From assembly GCA_044226625.1 (NCBI GenBank), contig JBGAGQ010000007.1:32001-96000 (forward strand): 64,000 bases of DNA, written 5' to 3'. A program made the position numbers and the translations under genes. Position 1 is the first letter of the stretch. Each line of letters opens with the position of its first letter. Shown one piece after another: positions 1 to 11,903 of the stretch. The notes below the pieces were generated by a model that was not told the origin of the DNA, made no database searches, and worked only from the letters and a program-made list of their open reading frames with translations. The stretch comes from Thermoanaerobaculia bacterium (lineage in GTDB: Bacteria > Acidobacteriota > Thermoanaerobaculia > Multivoradales > UBA5704).

Positions 1-2
1 AG

Positions 3-1736
3 ATCCAGCACCTGCCGCGCCACCTCGGCCAACACTCGGGCGGCATGGTGGTCGCCGCCGGGCGCCTCGACGAGGTCGTGCCGCTCGAGCCGGCCTCGAT
101 GCCCGGCCGCACGGTGATCCAGTGGGACAAGGACGACTGCGCCGACCTCGGAATCGTCAAAGTCGACCTGCTCGGACTCGGCATGCTCGCCGCGCTCGAG
201 GAGGCCGTCCCCACCATCCGTACCCATGAGAAGAAGCACGTCGACCTCGCCCACCTGCCGGCCGACGACCCGAAGGTCTACCGGATGCTCCGCGAGGCCG
301 ACACCGTAGGGGTCTTCCAGGTCGAGAGCCGGGCTCAGATGTCGGCGTTGCCGCGGAACCGCCCCGAGCGCTTCTACGACTTGGTGATCCAGGTCGCGAT
401 CATCCGCCCCGGGCCGATCGCGGGCAATCTGGCGAACCCCTATTTCGAGCGCCGGAACGGCCGCGAAAAAGTCTCCTACCCGCACCCCTCCTTGGAGCCG
501 ATCTTGAAGCGCACGCTGGGGGTGCCGATCTTCCAGGAGCAGCTGCTGCGCATCGCCATGGTCGCCGCGGGCTTTACCGGCGGCGAGGCCGAGGAGCTAC
601 GCCGCGCGATGGGCTTCAAGCGCTCGGCCGACCGGATGCGCGCGATCGAGGCGCGCCTGCGCTCCGGCATGACCGAGCGTGGGATCTCCGGCGAGGCCCA
701 GGAGCAGATCGTCCAGGGGATCACCTCGTTCGCCCTCTACGGCTTCCCGGAATCGCACGCCGCGAGCTTCGCCCTGATCGCCTACGCGAGCGCCTACTTG
801 AAGGCCCATCATCCGACGGCGTTCTACCTCTCGCTGCTGAACGCCTGGCCGATGGGCTTCTACCATCCGGCGACCCTGATCAAGGACGCCGAGCGCCAGG
901 GGGTCGTGGTTCGCCCGCTCGACGTCCAAGCTTCCGGCTGGAGCTGCCGCTGGGAGGAGCGGGATGCGCCGGGCGTCGGATCGGCCGCGATCCCCGCCAG
1001 AGGGTCTCGGAAAGCACCGCCCGTCGGCGCGATCCGCCTCGGCTTCAAGTTCGTCCGCGGCCTGCGCCGGCACGCCGCCGCGGCGATCGAATCGGAACAG
1101 GCGCGGCGCCCCTTCGCCAGCGTCGAGGATCTCGCCCGCCGCTGCGGGCTCCACGCTCCGGAGCTCGAGACCCTGGCGAGCCTCGGCGCCCTTCAGGGGC
1201 TCGGCGGCGCCGCGAAGCCCCTCCCCCGCCGAGCCGCGCTATGGCAGGCCGCGCGCGTCGGCCGGCCGACCGGTCCGCTGCTCGAGACCCTTCCGGACGA
1301 CGCTCCTTCCCCGCTCCCCGAGATGACGACCCAGGAGAAGACGCTCGCCGACTACGCCGGGCTCCAGCTCACGCTCGGTCCCCATCCGGTCGCCTTCTTT
1401 CGCGAGGGGCTCGCCCGCCAAGGGGTGCTGCCCGCGGCCGAGCTGCCCAGACACCGGGACGGCGAGCGCGTGCGCATCGCGGGCTCGGTGATCGTCCGCC
1501 AGCGCCCGGGCACCGCGAAAGGAATGCTCTTCCTGACCCTCGAAGACGAATCGGGGATGTGCCAGGCGATCGTCTCCCCCGATCTCTTCCAGGAAAACCG
1601 CAAGATGATCGTCGGCAACCCGGGCCTCGCCGTCGAGGGAAAGCTCCAAAAGCGAGACGGCACCCTGTCGGTCCGGGCCGAGAAATTCTGGCCGCTACGC
1701 GACCTCGCGGCGACGCCGAGCCACGATTTCCATTGA
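3..1736 (+). CDS. dnaE2: Error-prone DNA polymerase III alpha subunit DnaE2 (5'-truncated by window edge)
   Basis: Frame is open from the window start (PRHLGQHSGGMV). Motifs QWDKDD, KVDLLGLGML, GVFQVESRAQM, YGFPESHAASFA, OB-fold RQRPGTAKG. The C-terminus SHDFH resembles the DnaE2 SRDFH tail. Confidence 0.95.
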   Translation: MQHLPRHLGQHSGGMVVAAGRLDEVVPLEPASMPGRTVIQWDKDDCADLGIVKVDLLGLGMLAALEEAVPTIRTHEKKHVDLAHLPADDPKVYRMLREADTVGVFQVESRAQMSALPRNRPERFYDLVIQVAIIRPGPIAGNLANPYFERRNGREKVSYPHPSLEPILKRTLGVPIFQEQLLRIAMVAAGFTGGEAEELRRAMGFKRSADRMRAIEARLRSGMTERGISGEAQEQIVQGITSFALYGFPESHAASFALIAYASAYLKAHHPTAFYLSLLNAWPMGFYHPATLIKDAERQGVVVRPLDVQASGWSCRWEERDAPGVGSAAIPARGSRKAPPVGAIRLGFKFVRGLRRHAAAAIESEQARRPFASVEDLARRCGLHAPELETLASLGALQGLGGAAKPLPRRAALWQAARVGRPTGPLLETLPDDAPSPLPEMTTQEKTLADYAGLQLTLGPHPVAFFREGLARQGVLPAAELPRHRDGERVRIAGSVIVRQRPGTAKGMLFLTLEDESGMCQAIVSPDLFQENRKMIVGNPGLAVEGKLQKRDGTLSVRAEKFWPLRDLAATPSHDFH

Positions 1737-1763
1737 GCCGCGAGGGAGGTCTCGCAGGCGCAG

Positions 1764-3398
1764 TCAGGCCGAGGCCAGGAGACGCCTCAGGTTTTCGAGC
1801 GAAACCGGCTTGACCAGATGGGAGTCGAAGCCCGCCGCCTGCGAGCGATCTCGGTCCCGCTGCTGGCCGAAGCCGGTCATCGCGACGATCAGGGACGACT
1901 CGAGCCCCGCCTCGCGCAGCCGGCGGCACACCTCGTAACCGTCCATTCCCGGCAGCAGGAGGTCGAGCAGCACGACCTCCGGAAGGCGACGGGCGACGCT
2001 CGAGAGCGCGCTCGGTCCATCCAGGACCACCTCGACGTCGTGCCCCTCGCGGCGCAGCAGCATCGCCAGGCTGTCGGCGGCGTCCTGGTTGTCGTCGACC
2101 ACCAGGAGACGGCGGCCGACGCCCCCCGACTCTTCACCGAACACGTCGGATGAGCTCGCGTCGGACAGGGGATCGCCCAGGACGGGCAGCTGCACGACGA
2201 ACTCACTCCCCCGGCCGACCCCGCCGCTGGCCACCCTCACGGCCCCGCCGTGCATCTCGATCAGCGATTTGACCAACGACAGACCGATGCCCAGCCCGCC
2301 GCGCGACGGGAGAGACGGATGAATCTCGCCCTGGAGGAAAAGGTCGAAGATCTTCGGAATCGTCTCGGCCGGAATGCCGATCCCCTGGTCCCTCACCGCG
2401 ACCTGAGCGAGGTCTCCCTCGCGGCGGATCTCCAGCTCGATCTCTCCTTGGGGATCCTGGTAATTGGCGGCGTTGTTGAGCAGGTTGGCGATCACCTGGG
2501 TGAGACGCGCCGAGTCGCCTAGGATGGGGATCGCCGCCGCGGGAGCGCTCACCCGCAATCGATGCTGCCGCGAATCGATCACCGGTTGGCTGGTCTCGAC
2601 CGCGCGGCTCGCCACGGTCACCAGGTCGACCGGCTCGAGGCGCAGCTTGATCTTCCCCTGCGTGATGCGCGACACGTCGAGCAGGTCGTCGACCAGACGG
2701 GTGAGCAGGCTCACCTGGCGCTCGATCACCTCGCGGCACCAGGCCTGATCCTCCGGCCCGACGTCGGAGCGGCCCATGATGCTGATCGCGTTCTGGATCG
2801 GCGCGAGCGGATTGCGCAGCTCGTGCGCGAGCAGGGCGAGGAACTCGTCCTTCCGGTGGTCCTCCTCCTGGAGCTTACGCGCCAGCTCGACCTGCTTGGC
2901 GACCGATGCCTCGAGCTCGGCGGTCCGGTCGGCCACCCGCTGCTCAAGCTCGCGGGTGAGGCGCTCGGATTCGCGGGTCTTCCGGTAGAGCTCGGTAAAG
3001 ACGCTGACCTTTGCGCGCAAGAGCTCGGGCACGATCGGCACCGAGACGTAGTCGACCGCGCCGGAGGCGTAGCCTTTCAGCCGGTCGAGATCGGTGAGGT
3101 GAACTGCCGACACGAAGATGATCGCCGTCTTCTGGTACCGCGGATGGCCGCGGATGATCTCGGCCAGCTCGAAGCCGTCGAGCTCGGGCATGCTCACGTC
3201 CATCAAGACCACCGTGATGTCGGTCTTGAGGAGGTGCTCGAGCGCCTCGCGGCCGGAGCTCGCGGTGATCAGATTTTCCCCGAGCTCGCTGAGGATCGCC
3301 TCGTAGCTCAGCAGCTTGCCCGGCTGGTCGTCGACCAGCAGGATGTTGACCCGATCGGTCGGGTCTTCCGCCGCCGCGGACGTTATCGGTGCAGCCAT
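1764..3398 (-). CDS. Hybrid sensor kinase/response regulator (REC-HisKA-HATPase-REC)
   Basis: N-terminal receiver (ILLVDD...LMDVSMP), H-box [10 protein letters not shown]-boxes DQGIGI and GGLGIGL, C-terminal receiver. Start placed at ATG 3398, overlapping the stop of the upstream gene. Confidence 0.92.
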   Translation of the reverse strand: MAAPITSAAAEDPTDRVNILLVDDQPGKLLSYEAILSELGENLITASSGREALEHLLKTDITVVLMDVSMPELDGFELAEIIRGHPRYQKTAIIFVSAVHLTDLDRLKGYASGAVDYVSVPIVPELLRAKVSVFTELYRKTRESERLTRELEQRVADRTAELEASVAKQVELARKLQEEDHRKDEFLALLAHELRNPLAPIQNAISIMGRSDVGPEDQAWCREVIERQVSLLTRLVDDLLDVSRITQGKIKLRLEPVDLVTVASRAVETSQPVIDSRQHRLRVSAPAAAIPILGDSARLTQVIANLLNNAANYQDPQGEIELEIRREGDLAQVAVRDQGIGIPAETIPKIFDLFLQGEIHPSLPSRGGLGIGLSLVKSLIEMHGGAVRVASGGVGRGSEFVVQLPVLGDPLSDASSSDVFGEESGGVGRRLLVVDDNQDAADSLAMLLRREGHDVEVVLDGPSALSSVARRLPEVVLLDLLLPGMDGYEVCRRLREAGLESSLIVAMTGFGQQRDRDRSQAAGFDSHLVKPVSLENLRRLLASA

Positions 3399-6300
3399 AG
3401 GCGAAGGGCCGAGAGGAGCTGTTCGGTGTTGACGGGTTTGGCCAGGTAGTCCGACGCCCCGGCATCCAAGCACTTCTCGCGGTCGCCCTTCATCGCCTTG
3501 GCGGTGAGCGCGACGATCGGCATCCGTTGGAACTGCGGCTTCTGACGGATCGCGTGCATGGTCTGGTAGCCGTCCATCTCCGGCATCATGATGTCCATCA
3601 AGACGATCGCGACGTCGTCGGTCTGCTCGAGCGTGGCGATCGCTTCATGCCCCGTACCGGCCGACAGGACCTCCATGCCGCGCCGCTCGAGCACGCTCGA
3701 CAGGGCGAAGATGTTGCGGAAGTCGTCGTCGACCACCAGGACCTTCTTGCCCACCAGGTCGTCGTCGGACTGGTGGAGACGATCGAGCATCAGTCGCTTC
3801 TCCGCCGGCAGCTCGGAGACCACCCGATGGAGGAAGAGCGCGGTCTCGTCGAGCAGCCGCTCCGGCGACTCGACCCCTTTGACCACGACGCTCCGCGCCA
3901 GGCTGTGGAGCCGGGCGTCCTCCTCGGGCGAGAGCTCCTTGCCGGTGAAGACGATAACCGGCAGGTCGGCGAGCACCCGCTCGTCGCGGATGTGCTCGAG
4001 CACTTCGAACCCCGACATGTCGGGCAGGCGAAGGTCGAGCACCGCGCAGTCGAACGGCTCACTGCGCAAGGCGTCGAGGGCGTCGCGTCCGGTCCCCGCG
4101 GTCGCGATCTCGATGTCGTCGTGCCCGAGGAGCGCCGCGATCGACAGCTGCTCGGCCTCGTCGTCCTCGACCACGAGCAGACGCTTCTTGCGCGGCTGGG
4201 CGTAGTCTTTGATCCGCGCCACCGCGTCGTTCAACCCTTGGGCGGTGGTCGGCTTCGACAAGAAGTTGAACGCGCCGCGGGCGAGGCCGTGCTGGCGATC
4301 CTCGTCGAGGGTCAAGATCTGGACCGGGATGTGGCGAAGCGCCGGATCCTGCTTGAGCTGGTTCAACACGGTCCAACCCAGCATGTCGGGCAGGAACACG
4401 TCGAGCGAGATCACCGCCGGCCGATACTCGCGAGCGAGCGCGAGCGCCTCGCTGCCGCGCATCGCCACCAGCGCCTTGAAGCCGTGGGCGTGCGCCTGAT
4501 CGAGCAGGATGCGCGCGTAGTGGGGGTCGTCCTCGACGATCAACATGGTCGAGTCGCCCGGCGCCAGGCTCTCCCGATCGTCGGGGATCTGCTCGATCGG
4601 GCGGTCGGCGTTGCGCACGACCGGATGCGTCATCGTCGGGCTCGCGAGCCTCTCTCCCGTGGACGGTGGGGCGGCCGGGGCAGCCGGGCCGACGTACGCC
4701 TGCGGCAGATAGAGCGTGAACGTGCTGCCCAGGTTCGGGGTGCTTCGCAGCTGGATCTCGCCGCCGAGCAGGCTCGCGAGCTCGCGGCTGATCGCGAGGC
4801 CCAGGCCCGTGCCGCCGTATTTCCGGGCGGTGCCGGCGTCGGCCTGCTGGAACGCCTCGAAGATGATGCGCTGCTTCTCGGGCGGGATGCCGATTCCGGT
4901 GTCCGACACCTCGAACGCCACGATCCCCGTCGCCCGGCTCAGGATCGGATGGTCGGGCGTCCAACCCGCCGACGCCGATTTGACCGCGAGCCGCACACCT
5001 CCCTGCTCGGTGAACTTGAACGCGTTGGACAGGAGGTTCCGCAGGACCTGCTGGACTCGTTTCGTGTCGGTCACCATGGTCGGACCGAGCTGGGGATCGA
5101 TCTCCACCTCGAGGTTCAAGCGCCGGCTCTCCGCCTCGTGGCGGAACGGCCGCGCCACCGCCTCGACGACGCTCGGCAGGACGATCTCTTCGGCGGTCAC
5201 GGTGACCGTGCCCGAGTCGATCTTCGACAGGTCGAGGATGTCGGTGATCAGGTTCAGCAGGTCGGTTCCGGCGCCATGGATCGTGCGCGCGAACTCGACC
5301 TGTTTGGGCGTCAGGTTCCCCTCGGAGTTGTCGCCCAGCTGCTGGCCGAGGATGAGGATCGAGTTGAGCGGCGTCCGCAGCTCGTGCGACATGTTGGCGA
5401 GGAACTCGGACTTGTACTTCGAGGTGAGCGCGAGCTCGGTCGCCTTCTCTTCGAGCGCGCGGCGGGCCTGCTCGATCTCCTGGTTCTTCCGCTCGACCTC
5501 GGCGTTCTGCTCGGCGAGCTGCTGCGCTTTCTGGGCCAGCTGCTCGTTGGTCTGCTGCAGCTCGCGCTTCTGCGTCTGGAGCTCCGCCGCGAGCTGCTGC
5601 GACTGGTCGAGCAGCGACTCCGTCTGCATCGTCGCCTCGATCGAGTTGAGCACGATGCCGATGCTCGAGGTGAGCTGCTCGAGGAACGCGAGGTGCGACG
5701 CGGTGAACGACGCGAGAGAGGCGAGCTCGATCACCGCCTTGACCTCGTCTTCGAACAGGACGGGCAGAACGATGACGCTCTTCGGCCGGGCGGCGAAGAG
5801 ACCGGAGCTCACCGGCACGGTCCCGTCCGGAAGGTTGTCCACGACCACCCGCCGGCGGTCCGCGGCGCACTGGCCGAGGATCCCCTCGCCGATGCGGATG
5901 AACTGGGCGTGGCCGTTCGCCCCGTTGTCGGCGAACGTCGCGACCAGGCGGAGGCCCGTGGCGTCCGCCGCTTCCTTCCGGTAGATCACCCCCTGGTGCG
6001 CGTTGACCAGCGGCGTCAGCTCCGAGAGGAGCATGCGGCCGACGGTGGCCAGATCGCGCTGCCCCTGGAGCATGCCCGTGAACCGCGCGAGGTTGGTCTT
6101 CAGCCAGTCCTGCTCGGTGTTGCGGTCGGTGGTCAACCGCAGGTTGTCGATCATCGTGTTGATGTTGTCTTTGAGCTCGGCCACCTCGCCGCGCGCCTCG
6201 ACCTGGATCGAGCGCGTGAGGTCGCCCTGGGTGACCGCGGTCGCCACCTCCGCGATCGCGCGCACCTGGGTGGTCAGGTTCGCCGCCAGCAGGTTGACGT

Positions 6301-9070
6301 TGCCGGTCAGGTCCTTCCAGGTCCCGGCCGCTCCCGGCACGTTCGCCTGGCCGCCGAGGCGCCCTTCCACGCCCACTTCGCGGGCGACCGTGGTCACCTG
6401 ATCGGCGAAGGTCGCGAGCGTGCCGGTCATGTCGTTGATCGTCTCGGCGAGCGCGGCCACCTCGCCCTTCGCGTTGACCGTCAGCTTCGGCTTCAGGTCG
6501 CCGTTCGCGACCGCGGTCACCACGCGAACGATGCCGCGCACCTGCTCGGTCAGGTTGACCGCCATGACGTTCACGTTGTCGGTGAGGTCTTTCCAGGTGC
6601 CCGCGACGCCGGGCACCTGCGCCTGACCGCCGAGCTTGCCCTCCGTGCCCACTTCGCGGGCGACGCGCGTCACTTCAGCGGCGAACGCGTTCAACTGGTC
6701 GACCATCGTGTTGATCGTCAGCTTGAGCTCGAGGATCTCACCCTTCACGTCGACGGTGATCTTGCGCGAGAGGTCGCCGCGGGCTACCGCGGTGGTCACC
6801 TCGGCGATGTTCCGCACCTGCGTGGTGAGGTTCGCCGCGAGCAGGTTCACGCTGTCGGTAAGGTCTTTCCAGGTGCCCGCGACGCCGGGCACCTGCGCCT
6901 GGCCGCCGAGCTTGCCTTCCGTGCCCACTTCGCGCGCCACGCGCGTCACCTCGCCCGCGAAGCCGTTCAACTGGTCGACCATCGTGTTGATCGTGTTCTT
7001 GAGCTCCAGGATCTCGCCCGAGACGTTGACCGTGATCTTTCTCGACAGGTCGCCGCGCGCGACCGCGGTCGTCACCTCGGCGATGTTGCGCACCTGGGCG
7101 GTCAGGTTGCCGGCCATGAAGTTGACGTTGTCGGTCAACCCCTTCCAGGTACCCGCAACGTCCGGCACCTGCGCCTGGCCGCCGAGCTTGCCTTCCGTGC
7201 CCACCTCGCGCGCGACGCGCGTCACCTCGGAGGCGAACGCGTTCAGCTGGTCGACCATCGTGTTGAGCGTGTTCTTGAGCTCCAGGATTTCGCCCGAGAC
7301 GTCGACGGTGATCTTCCGCGACAGGTCGCCGCGCGCGACCGCGGTCGCGACCTCGGCGATGTTTCGCACCTGGGCGGTCAGGTTGCTCGCCATCGAGTTG
7401 ACGTTGTCGGTGAGCCCCTTCCAGGTGCCCGCGACGCCGGGCACCTGCGCCTGGCCGCCGAGCTTGCCTTCGGTACCGACCTCGCGCGCCACGCGCGTCA
7501 CTTCGGCGGCGAACGCGTTCAACTGGTCGACCATCGTGTTGATCGTGACCTTGAGCTCGAGCACCTCGCCCTTGACGTCGACCGTGATCTTCCTCGAGAG
7601 GTCGCCGCGGGCGACGGCGGTCGTCACCTCGGCGATGTTTCGCACCTGGGTGGTGAGGTTCGCGGCGAGCAGGTTCACGTTGTCGGTAAGGTCTTTCCAG
7701 GTGCCCGCGACGCCGGGCACGGCGGCCTGACCGCCGAGGCGCCCTTCGGTGCCCACCTCGCGCGCCACGCGCGTCACCTCGGAGGCGAAACCGTTCAGCT
7801 GGTCGACCATGGTGTTCAAGGTCTCTTTGAGCTGGAGGATCTCGCCCGAGACGTTGACCGTGATCTTCTTCGACAGGTCGCCGCGCGCGATCGCGGTCGC
7901 CACCTCGGCGATGTTGCGCACCTGGGCCGTCAGGTTGCTCGCCATGAAGTTGACGTTGTCGGTGAGGTCTTTCCAGGTGCCGCCGACGCCGGGCACCTGC
8001 GCCTGGCCGCCCAGCTTGCCCTCCGTGCCCACCTCGCGCGCCACGCGGGTCACCTCGCCCGCGAACGCGTTCAGCTGGTCGACCATGGTGTTGATCGTGT
8101 CTTTGAGCTCGAGGATCTCACCCGAGACGTTGACCGTGATCTTTCGCGACAGGTCGCCGCGCGCGACCGCGGTCGTGACCTCGGCGATGTTCCGCACCTG
8201 GGCGGTCAGGTTGCCGGCCATCGCGTTGACGCTGTCGGTCAGGTCTTTCCAGGTGCCCGCGACCCCGGGGACGACAGCCTGGCCGCCGAGCTTGCCCTCG
8301 GTGCCCACCTCACGGGCGACGCGCGTCACCTCCGAGGCGAACGAGCGCAGCTGGTCGACCATCGTGTTGATCGCCTCTTTGAGCTGAAGGATCTCGCCGC
8401 GGACGTCGACGGTGATCTTTCGCGAGAGGTCGCCGCTCGCCACCGCGATCGTGACTTCCGAGATGTTCCGGACCTGGGCGGTCAGGTTGCTCGCCATCGA
8501 GTTGACGCTTTCGGTGAGGTCCTTCCAGACGCCGCTCACCCCCGGCACCTGCGCCTGGCCGCCGAGCTTGCCGTCGGAGCCGACCTCGCGGGCCACGCGG
8601 GTGACCTCGGACGTGAAGACCCCGAGCTGCTCGATCATCGTGTTGACGATCGTCGCCGAGCGGAGGAACTCGCCTTCGAGCGGCCGGCCGTCGACGTCGA
8701 GCCGTATCGTCTGGTTGAGATTGCCCTGGGCGACCGCGGCGATCGCCCCGGTCACCTCGGTCGTCGGCCGCAGGAGGTCATCGATCAACGTGTTGATCGA
8801 GACCTCCATCTCGCCCCAAGCGCCTCGCGCTTGCGAGAACTTGGCACGCTCTCGGGTCCGCCCCTCGCGCCCCACGACTTGACCGACCCGCCGCAGGTCC
8901 TCGCACATCTTTTGGTTCGCGGCGACGATGTCGTTGAAGGCGTCGGCGATCTTGCCGTCGACGCCGTCCCAGTCCGCGGGGATCCGGACCGTAAAGTCTC
9001 CGGCGAGCATCCCCCGGAGCGCTTGCAGCAGTTGTTGCCGGTCGAGCGAAGGCGACGACACCTCGATCAT
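3383..9070 (-). CDS. Poly-HAMP hybrid histidine kinase (HAMP array-GAF-HisKA-HATPase-3xREC)
   Basis: Nine clear ~92-aa [10 protein letters not shown]...GTWKDLT repeats plus one degenerate copy, GAF, H-box [19 protein letters not shown], three receiver domains. Start uncertain (9070 ATG or 9118 GTG). Confidence 0.93.
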   Translation of the reverse strand: MIEVSSPSLDRQQLLQALRGMLAGDFTVRIPADWDGVDGKIADAFNDIVAANQKMCEDLRRVGQVVGREGRTRERAKFSQARGAWGEMEVSINTLIDDLLRPTTEVTGAIAAVAQGNLNQTIRLDVDGRPLEGEFLRSATIVNTMIEQLGVFTSEVTRVAREVGSDGKLGGQAQVPGVSGVWKDLTESVNSMASNLTAQVRNISEVTIAVASGDLSRKITVDVRGEILQLKEAINTMVDQLRSFASEVTRVAREVGTEGKLGGQAVVPGVAGTWKDLTDSVNAMAGNLTAQVRNIAEVTTAVARGDLSRKITVNVSGEILELKDTINTMVDQLNAFAGEVTRVAREVGTEGKLGGQAQVPGVGGTWKDLTDNVNFMASNLTAQVRNIAEVATAIARGDLSKKITVNVSGEILQLKETLNTMVDQLNGFASEVTRVAREVGTEGRLGGQAAVPGVAGTWKDLTDNVNLLAANLTTQVRNIAEVTTAVARGDLSRKITVDVKGEVLELKVTINTMVDQLNAFAAEVTRVAREVGTEGKLGGQAQVPGVAGTWKGLTDNVNSMASNLTAQVRNIAEVATAVARGDLSRKITVDVSGEILELKNTLNTMVDQLNAFASEVTRVAREVGTEGKLGGQAQVPDVAGTWKGLTDNVNFMAGNLTAQVRNIAEVTTAVARGDLSRKITVNVSGEILELKNTINTMVDQLNGFAGEVTRVAREVGTEGKLGGQAQVPGVAGTWKDLTDSVNLLAANLTTQVRNIAEVTTAVARGDLSRKITVDVKGEILELKLTINTMVDQLNAFAAEVTRVAREVGTEGKLGGQAQVPGVAGTWKDLTDNVNVMAVNLTEQVRGIVRVVTAVANGDLKPKLTVNAKGEVAALAETINDMTGTLATFADQVTTVAREVGVEGRLGGQANVPGAAGTWKDLTGNVNLLAANLTTQVRAIAEVATAVTQGDLTRSIQVEARGEVAELKDNINTMIDNLRLTTDRNTEQDWLKTNLARFTGMLQGQRDLATVGRMLLSELTPLVNAHQGVIYRKEAADATGLRLVATFADNGANGHAQFIRIGEGILGQCAADRRRVVVDNLPDGTVPVSSGLFAARPKSVIVLPVLFEDEVKAVIELASLASFTASHLAFLEQLTSSIGIVLNSIEATMQTESLLDQSQQLAAELQTQKRELQQTNEQLAQKAQQLAEQNAEVERKNQEIEQARRALEEKATELALTSKYKSEFLANMSHELRTPLNSILILGQQLGDNSEGNLTPKQVEFARTIHGAGTDLLNLITDILDLSKIDSGTVTVTAEEIVLPSVVEAVARPFRHEAESRRLNLEVEIDPQLGPTMVTDTKRVQQVLRNLLSNAFKFTEQGGVRLAVKSASAGWTPDHPILSRATGIVAFEVSDTGIGIPPEKQRIIFEAFQQADAGTARKYGGTGLGLAISRELASLLGGEIQLRSTPNLGSTFTLYLPQAYVGPAAPAAPPSTGERLASPTMTHPVVRNADRPIEQIPDDRESLAPGDSTMLIVEDDPHYARILLDQAHAHGFKALVAMRGSEALALAREYRPAVISLDVFLPDMLGWTVLNQLKQDPALRHIPVQILTLDEDRQHGLARGAFNFLSKPTTAQGLNDAVARIKDYAQPRKKRLLVVEDDEAEQLSIAALLGHDDIEIATAGTGRDALDALRSEPFDCAVLDLRLPDMSGFEVLEHIRDERVLADLPVIVFTGKELSPEEDARLHSLARSVVVKGVESPERLLDETALFLHRVVSELPAEKRLMLDRLHQSDDDLVGKKVLVVDDDFRNIFALSSVLERRGMEVLSAGTGHEAIATLEQTDDVAIVLMDIMMPEMDGYQTMHAIRQKPQFQRMPIVALTAKAMKGDREKCLDAGASDYLAKPVNTEQLLSALRLWLHR
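6130..8890 (-). repeat. 276-bp coding tandem repeats (HAMP array)
   Basis: Near-identical blocks recur every 276 bp (e.g. cctcgcgcgc at 7204 and 7480). Boundaries approximate. Confidence 0.88.
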
Positions 9071-9362
9071 GGGCAAGGAACCTCCGTGCGATGGACGGTG
9101 CACGAACGGGAACGGCACGCTTCCGCTTCCGGCATCAAACCAACCTTACGATGCGTTGCGCCTGAGAAGACGTGCCTGAATAGCCAACGGCGGAGACTGG
9201 ACGGACGCCGCCTGCGCTTCGAACATAACGGCTCCGGACGAGCGAAGCAACTTGCAGCGGCGGGGAGCAGATTTCGCGCGACCGCCCGTTCGGCCGCTCA
9301 GCCTCCGGCCGAAAGCTCACGGTCGATCGGGCGAGCCCCGCCCCCCGGATCTCCGCGAGTAC

Positions 9363-9391
9363 CTGCCACAACGTGCACCCTCGGCTATAAT
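9363..9391 (+). promoter_or_regulatory. Putative sigma70 promoter of tRNA-Arg
   Basis: Perfect TATAAT at 9386-9391, 10 nt before the tRNA. Weak -35 CTGCCA 17 nt upstream. Confidence 0.6.
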
Positions 9392-9401
9392 TCCCGGCTC
9401 T

Positions 9402-9478
9402 GCGGCTGTAGCTCAGGTGGATAGAGCAGAAGTTTCCTAAACTTTTGGTCGGGGGTTCGAGTCCTCCCAGCCGCACCA
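9402..9478 (+). tRNA. tRNA-Arg (anticodon CCT)
   Basis: Acceptor stem GCGGCTG/CAGCCGC, D-arm GCTC-AGGTGGATA-GAGC, anticodon loop TTCCTAA, T-loop GTTCGAG, encoded CCA end. Confidence 0.97.
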
Positions 9479-9599
9479 GACGAACCCGACGGCCGCGGGG
9501 CTCTGCCTCGGCCTACCTCGCCTTGCCCTCTGGCAACGTTGTTCGCTATCCTCTCTTAAGAGATTAAAGTCGACACAACTTGAGACGGAGGAAGCTCCG

Positions 9600-11075
9600 A
9601 TGGCTCGGCTCAGGAATGCCGTTGTCTCTGGGTTTTTCGTCGCCGCCGGTCCATTCGCCTTCTGCTTGGCGTCTCGAGCCGAACCACGCCCGGTCCGCCC
9701 CAATCCCGTTTTCCTCTCGCCGCAGTCTTCTGTTGCGACGGGTCGCACCCTCCTCGTCGTCGGGCAAGGCGAGCTCCGTTTCGATTCGAGGGATCTGACC
9801 GAGGTTTCGCTGGACGCTTCCGCGGATTCCGGCAGGACCTGGCAGCCTATTCGAGCCGTGGTGGGCCTCGACGGAGAACAGAGCGAGCTCTGGCAGGCCT
9901 ATTGGGACACTGCGTCGATCCCCTCGGGCTTCTATCTCATCCGGGCGACGATGACGTATCGGCAGGACGGACAGCTGCGGCGGCGATTCCGTTGTCGGGG
10001 GATGGTCGTCAACCGCCCGCCGGTCGTTCGCTCGGTCCACGTCGTTCCCGATTTCGAGCCGGGTTACGTCCGTTTCGACGGGTCGGACGTCATCGATCCC
10101 GACGGAGAGGTGAAGTACTGGCGCTGGGATTTCGGAGATCCGACCGCCAACCAGGAAGCGCGGTTCTCCCGCGGGGGCCGGGAAGCGATCACCTACTTCG
10201 CCGAGCCCGACCGTTGCTACTCCGTCCGCCTGCTCATAGCCGACGAGCACGACGCGACGACGGAAGCCGTTTATCGGCTCTGCCCCGGCGAGTCGGGCGT
10301 GCTGATCAGCGTCGATCGCACCTGCACCTGCAAGAGCCTCAAAGTGAGAACACGGGGGCAGGCCTTGGGCCCCGACGCCAACGGATCCGCTTGGCCGGAG
10401 ATGGCGAAACTGTTCGACGGGAAGACCCTAGGGCCGCTTCGCGAGAACCCCAAGAACACCAGCAAGCGGGTCGGGTTCTCGTTCGAAGTCGTCGCGGAAG
10501 TCGAGGGTAACGCTTCGCTCTGCCCCGAGACACAGCTCATCAAGCGGACCTTCGGCGAGCTCCACCCTGGCATCGAGGATCACAAGATCTACACCGGCAA
10601 GGCCGACCGGAATCTCGACGGCATCTCGGAGATGGACAGCTCTGACGAGCCCGGTTGCACCACCGCCGGCGGAACCTGGGCGCGGGCCACCGCGGATAAA
10701 CCCGGACGCTGCGAGTTTCCCCAAAGTGGGGACGGTTATGCCCCGGACAGCATGAGCGACGGCTTGCTGCTGGGTAGCGACTATGACCGGCCGGTGACCG
10801 ACGGCTACAAGCAGCACGTAGGGACCAAGATCCTCTGGTTCGACACGCCCGGTTTTTCGGGCGATCTTGCGCTGGGCGCTTCCTACAAGGCCGATTTCAT
10901 CGCGATGCTGAGGAGTAGCCCGCCGTCCAACCTCTATTGCTACGCGAAATTCCAGGTAGACCTCGAACGAAAGAACGGCGGCAACAAGGAGGAGCTCACC
11001 TCAAGCTTCGAGATCAACTCGGACGGCGACGTCATCGGGAGAGTGGACCAGGAAAGCGTCGAGGGTGTTCCTTGA
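9600..11075 (+). CDS. Exported protein with Ig-like/PKD domain and uncharacterised Cys-containing C-terminal domain
   Basis: RBS GGAGG, signal-like N-terminus, WDTASIPSGFYLIRA Ig-like motif, PKD-like FDGSDVIDPDGEVKYWRWDFGD. Confidence 0.7.
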   Translation: MARLRNAVVSGFFVAAGPFAFCLASRAEPRPVRPNPVFLSPQSSVATGRTLLVVGQGELRFDSRDLTEVSLDASADSGRTWQPIRAVVGLDGEQSELWQAYWDTASIPSGFYLIRATMTYRQDGQLRRRFRCRGMVVNRPPVVRSVHVVPDFEPGYVRFDGSDVIDPDGEVKYWRWDFGDPTANQEARFSRGGREAITYFAEPDRCYSVRLLIADEHDATTEAVYRLCPGESGVLISVDRTCTCKSLKVRTRGQALGPDANGSAWPEMAKLFDGKTLGPLRENPKNTSKRVGFSFEVVAEVEGNASLCPETQLIKRTFGELHPGIEDHKIYTGKADRNLDGISEMDSSDEPGCTTAGGTWARATADKPGRCEFPQSGDGYAPDSMSDGLLLGSDYDRPVTDGYKQHVGTKILWFDTPGFSGDLALGASYKADFIAMLRSSPPSNLYCYAKFQVDLERKNGGNKEELTSSFEINSDGDVIGRVDQESVEGVP

Positions 11076-11108
11076 TCCGGATTCTTGAGCCTGGGCAACG
11101 ACCTTCGC

Positions 11109-11423
11109 TCAGCCTACGAATCTCCAGCCATGGATCAAGCCGCCGATCACAAGGCCTCCCAGGCCGCCGAGGACGAGAATGGGCAGATAAGACTTGGTGA
11201 CGATGGCCGACGGCAGGCTGAGCAGAACACCGAACGAGAGACCCACGAGCCAACCCGGCGCAGGCAGTTGTACGCAGCCGATCACCACGCCGATGGCGAA
11301 ACGGTCCCAGAAGGCGGCCATCAAGGCTGCTCTCTTGTCCGGAAACGACAACGGAATCATCATGGCGACCGCGATGGCGCCGAACACGGCTCCTGCAATC
11401 AAACCCAAGACCGGATCCGACAT
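11109..11423 (-). CDS. Small multi-pass membrane protein
   Basis: 104 aa, about four hydrophobic Gly-rich segments, RBS GGAGG upstream. Confidence 0.75.
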   Translation of the reverse strand: MSDPVLGLIAGAVFGAIAVAMMIPLSFPDKRAALMAAFWDRFAIGVVIGCVQLPAPGWLVGLSFGVLLSLPSAIVTKSYLPILVLGGLGGLVIGGLIHGWRFVG

Positions 11424-11449
11424 TTCGTTCCTCCCGGGATGAAGGCCCC

Positions 11450-11803
11450 TCAGCCGCTGATTGCGTAGGCGGCGGCAAGCCAGCGAGACAATTCGGCGTC
11501 CACGTCGTCCGGCGAGGCGAGCTTCACCTTCTGATGATAGCGCCTCGCGGACAGCCGTTCCGATTTGGAGATTCGCGGGCTTTCGATCGGGACTTCGGAT
11601 TTGAGGTTCACGAGGAGATAATCCCGCCGCACCTCGACCCCTGCTAGGGCGGAAGACCGCACGAGGTGAATCGAAGTTTTCTTCGGATCTTCCTGAACCG
11701 GCCCGATCGTGCGAAGCACGTTGAGGAGCTTCGCGTAGGTCTCCCCCACCAGGGCCGACCTTCCTTGAAAATGGTCGGCCACGGAGACTTCTTCAGCTGA
11801 CAC
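11450..11803 (-). CDS. DUF5655-like protein (YjbR/MmcQ-like fold)
   Basis: EDPKKTSIHL...AGV...SARRYHQKVKLASPDDVDAELSRWLAAAY pattern; RBS upstream of a GTG start. Confidence 0.7.
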   Translation of the reverse strand: MSAEEVSVADHFQGRSALVGETYAKLLNVLRTIGPVQEDPKKTSIHLVRSSALAGVEVRRDYLLVNLKSEVPIESPRISKSERLSARRYHQKVKLASPDDVDAELSRWLAAAYAISG

Positions 11804-11903
11804 GAGGTCCCTCCTGGTTCGGCGGATGCTCCAGTCACTCTACCTCAGCTCGCCGTTCGCAACCGGGGTTCGAGGACGAGCGATGGGCCGGCTTGATTCA
11901 GGC

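Noticed and set aside
3527-9424. 1965-aa plus-strand ORF
   Set aside because: Antisense shadow of the poly-HAMP kinase, expected from high-GC codon bias. It has no motifs and runs into the tRNA.
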